Assembly (NCBI GenBank): GCA_963755125.1
Contig: CAVWIP010000002.1
Coordinates: forward strand, 128,001 to 192,000
Direction of reading: 5' to 3'
DNA from: an uncultured delta proteobacterium
GTDB taxonomy: Bacteria; Myxococcota_A; Polyangia; Fen-1088
Length of the DNA: 64,000 nucleotides
Part shown: one piece after another, positions 61,832-64,000 of the stretch
Layout: every line of letters begins with the position of its first letter
Position numbering within the stretch: the stretch's first letter is position 1
Made by a program: the position numbers and the translations under genes
The notes under the pieces: generated by a model
The model's input: only the letters and a program-made list of their open reading frames with translations
Told to the model about the DNA's origin: nothing
Databases searched by the model: none

Positions 61832-63070
61832 CTACTTCGGCATCAGTTCCGCGATGGTGATCGCGCCGATGCGGGCCCGGCGGGCTTCTTCCAGATCCTT
61901 GGTGAGTGCGACCAGCGCGGGCGAGGTGGTGCCGGGCGCGGCTTCCAGATCGGTCGAGCGGAACGCGGCCAGCACGTCCTGCAGGCTGATGGTGTCGGCG
62001 GCGCGGCCCGGGATGAAGCCTTCCTTGTCGCCTTGCACTTCCGCGAGCAGCCCCTGACCCTTGAGCCGAACTGCAACGCGATCGATGACCTCCACCGAAA
62101 GGCCGAATTCGCGGCTGAGAAATGCGCGGTCCACGCCCTTGCCGCCGCGCTGGTAGTCCGCCGCGACGAAAGCCAGGACCTGCGCGGCGACCAGCCCGTT
62201 GATGGGCTCGTCGTCGCGATGGCGTCGTTCCTCGGCCTCCAGCAGGCGCAGGTTCTGGATGGCGTTGGCGATCTCGGCGCCGCCCAGTACCACCCACCAG
62301 GAAACGTAGATCCACAAGAGGATGAGAGGCACCAGCGCCAGCGGGCCGTACACTCCGCTGTAGCTGGACAGCAGCATACCCTTGGCGAAATGCACGAATC
62401 CCCACTTCAACCCTTCCAGCGCGAAGCCCGTGACCAGGGTTCCCGCCAGGGCGGCGTACCAGCGCACGCGGATATTGGGCAGCATCCAGTTGACCAGAAA
62501 GAGCGCGCCGAACTGGATGGAGAGCGGCCCAAAGAAGCGCGCCAGCGGACCTGATCCGATGAGGCGTCCCGACCAGTAGAGGTACGCGCCCGCCAGCACC
62601 GGCAGCAGCGTGACCACCGGGTAGAAGATCAGGAACTTGCGGAACCACGACCGCCGCGTGGTCACATGCCAGATGTCGTTGAAGGTATTCTCGACGGTGT
62701 CGTAGAGGAAGTAGCAGGTGGCCAGGGTGAAACCCAGACCCAGCCCGCCCGCTGCGCCGGTGGCGACCTTCTCCGAGAACGACGCGAGTTCGCTGACCAC
62801 GTCGCCCATGTCAGGCAGAACCTGGGTCGAGATGAATTCCACCAGACGGGACCGCGCCTCGAGGTTGTGAGTCTGGCGCAGGGCCGCGAACACCAGCGCC
62901 AGCAGCGGGACCAAACCGAGGGTGGTTTGATAGGTGAGCGCCGCCGCCTGCTGCGGGCAGCGATCGCGCACCCATTGCTTGATGATGCGCAGGCCGAGGC
63001 GGGCCAGGTACAGGCCGGCGCGCGCCCGCCGCGACAGCATGGCCGCCACTTCGTGGGAGGGCGCGGTCAT
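61832..63070 (-). CDS. YihY/BrkB family membrane protein with C-terminal winged-helix-like domain
   Basis: AAALTYQTTLGLVP, FNDIW, YSGVYGPLA, WIYVSW..VLGGAE. Confidence 0.88.
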   Translation of the reverse strand: MTAPSHEVAAMLSRRARAGLYLARLGLRIIKQWVRDRCPQQAAALTYQTTLGLVPLLALVFAALRQTHNLEARSRLVEFISTQVLPDMGDVVSELASFSEKVATGAAGGLGLGFTLATCYFLYDTVENTFNDIWHVTTRRSWFRKFLIFYPVVTLLPVLAGAYLYWSGRLIGSGPLARFFGPLSIQFGALFLVNWMLPNIRVRWYAALAGTLVTGFALEGLKWGFVHFAKGMLLSSYSGVYGPLALVPLILLWIYVSWWVVLGGAEIANAIQNLRLLEAEERRHRDDEPINGLVAAQVLAFVAADYQRGGKGVDRAFLSREFGLSVEVIDRVAVRLKGQGLLAEVQGDKEGFIPGRAADTISLQDVLAAFRSTDLEAAPGTTSPALVALTKDLEEARRARIGAITIAELMPK

Positions 63071-63154
63071 CGCGGTCCTGATGTGGCTAAGCGTCCGACG
63101 CATGCCCAGAGATAGTCCATCACGTCGCGGCCAGACACAACCCACCCCTTTGTT

Positions 63155-64000
63155 CTACGTTTCCATCGCCCGCTTCCAGGCGGCGAATCCGCCGCCGGCG
63201 CGGGCGGCCTGGGCCGCGGCCAGACCTTCGGCGAAACCTCCCTGCGCAAGTCGGTGCTCGACCCATGCCCACTTGGGAGCGTCGCCGCTCAGGCGGGCGT
63301 GGCCGCGAAGCTTGCGCCGGAGAAAGGCCAGCTTTTCTTCGAGACTGGCGATGTCCTCCAAGGGCTGATGGTCGAGCGGCGTGTTGCGCTTCGAAACGAA
63401 GGGTGAGACGGTGAGCGACAGCTTGGGCGCGAGAGCCGCCAGGTCCAGCGCCAGGCGTGCCAGCTCGTCGATGTCGGCCGCGGTTTCCCCGGGCAGGCCG
63501 ATCAGCACGTACAGCTTGAGCAGCGCCATGCCGTGGTCGCGGCACAGGCGGGCCGCGCGTAACAGATCCTCGACCCGGGTGTGGCGGTCGACCTGGTCGC
63601 GCAGGCGTTGCGACGCCCCGTCGGCCGCGGTGGTCATGGTCCGGTAGCCTCCGCGGGCCAGCAGTCCGACCAACTCGTCGTCGAGTCGATCGGCGCGCAA
63701 GCTGGATACGCCCACCTCGCGGTCCGCGTCGACCAGGGCGCGCAAGATTTCTGGCAGGGCAGGGTGGTCCGTCACCGCGGCACCCACCAGCCCCACCCGC
63801 CGCGCGTCGGCTGGAACGAGCGACAGCAAGCGTGCGGGCGCGACCGGACGCATGCCCCGGCCGGCCGACCGGCGCAGCACGCAGTAGGAACAGCCTCGGC
63901 TGCACCCGCGCTCGGCCTCGATGAGAAACATGCCTGCGAGCTCGGTGTGTGGCGTGACGATTTGCGAGTAGGCTGGAAGGCAATCGTCGCTGGCGATCGC
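63155..64000 (-). CDS. Radical SAM protein, 5'-truncated by the window edge
   Basis: RGCSRGCSYC (CxxxCxxC), SSLRAD, IGLPGET; frame open to base 64000. Confidence 0.9.
   Translation of the reverse strand, partial: AIASDDCLPAYSQIVTPHTELAGMFLIEAERGCSRGCSYCVLRRSAGRGMRPVAPARLLSLVPADARRVGLVGAAVTDHPALPEILRALVDADREVGVSSLRADRLDDELVGLLARGGYRTMTTAADGASQRLRDQVDRHTRVEDLLRAARLCRDHGMALLKLYVLIGLPGETAADIDELARLALDLAALAPKLSLTVSPFVSKRNTPLDHQPLEDIASLEEKLAFLRRKLRGHARLSGDAPKWAWVEHRLAQGGFAEGLAAAQAARAGGGFAAWKRAMET

Overview
High-GC bacterial chromosome segment, most likely Myxococcota (Polyangia-like), judged from the gene set and the many Cys-rich lipoproteins. Most of it is ordinary backbone: a 5'-truncated alpha-2-macroglobulin with pbpC, a papain-like peptidase, an aldo/keto reductase, hypCDE, GH5 and GH30 glycoside hydrolases, a tiny tetraheme lipoprotein cytochrome, RNase HI, a flippase, PilZ, Ppx/GppA, an S41 peptidase, a YfhO-like protein, lexA with tandem operator boxes, two sigma-54 activators, a complete type II secretion cluster (gspC-N), GGDEF, HAD, HMG-CoA lyase, aroC, speA, YihY and a partial radical SAM gene. 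The unusual part is the ~19.8-27 kb accessory locus. The 3' end of a broken ATPase-like gene appears three times (36/38-bp near-perfect repeat plus a diverged copy), a frameshifted copy of the C-terminus of a Cys-rich lipoprotein lies upstream of the intact gene, an IS3-family element has no target duplication, and a ~620-nt hairpin-dense non-coding insert splits the ATPase-like remnant. A shared 13-bp palindrome upstream of both gspC and the adjacent sigma-54 response regulator suggests a T2SS regulatory circuit. All family calls come from motif recognition by eye; no searches were run.
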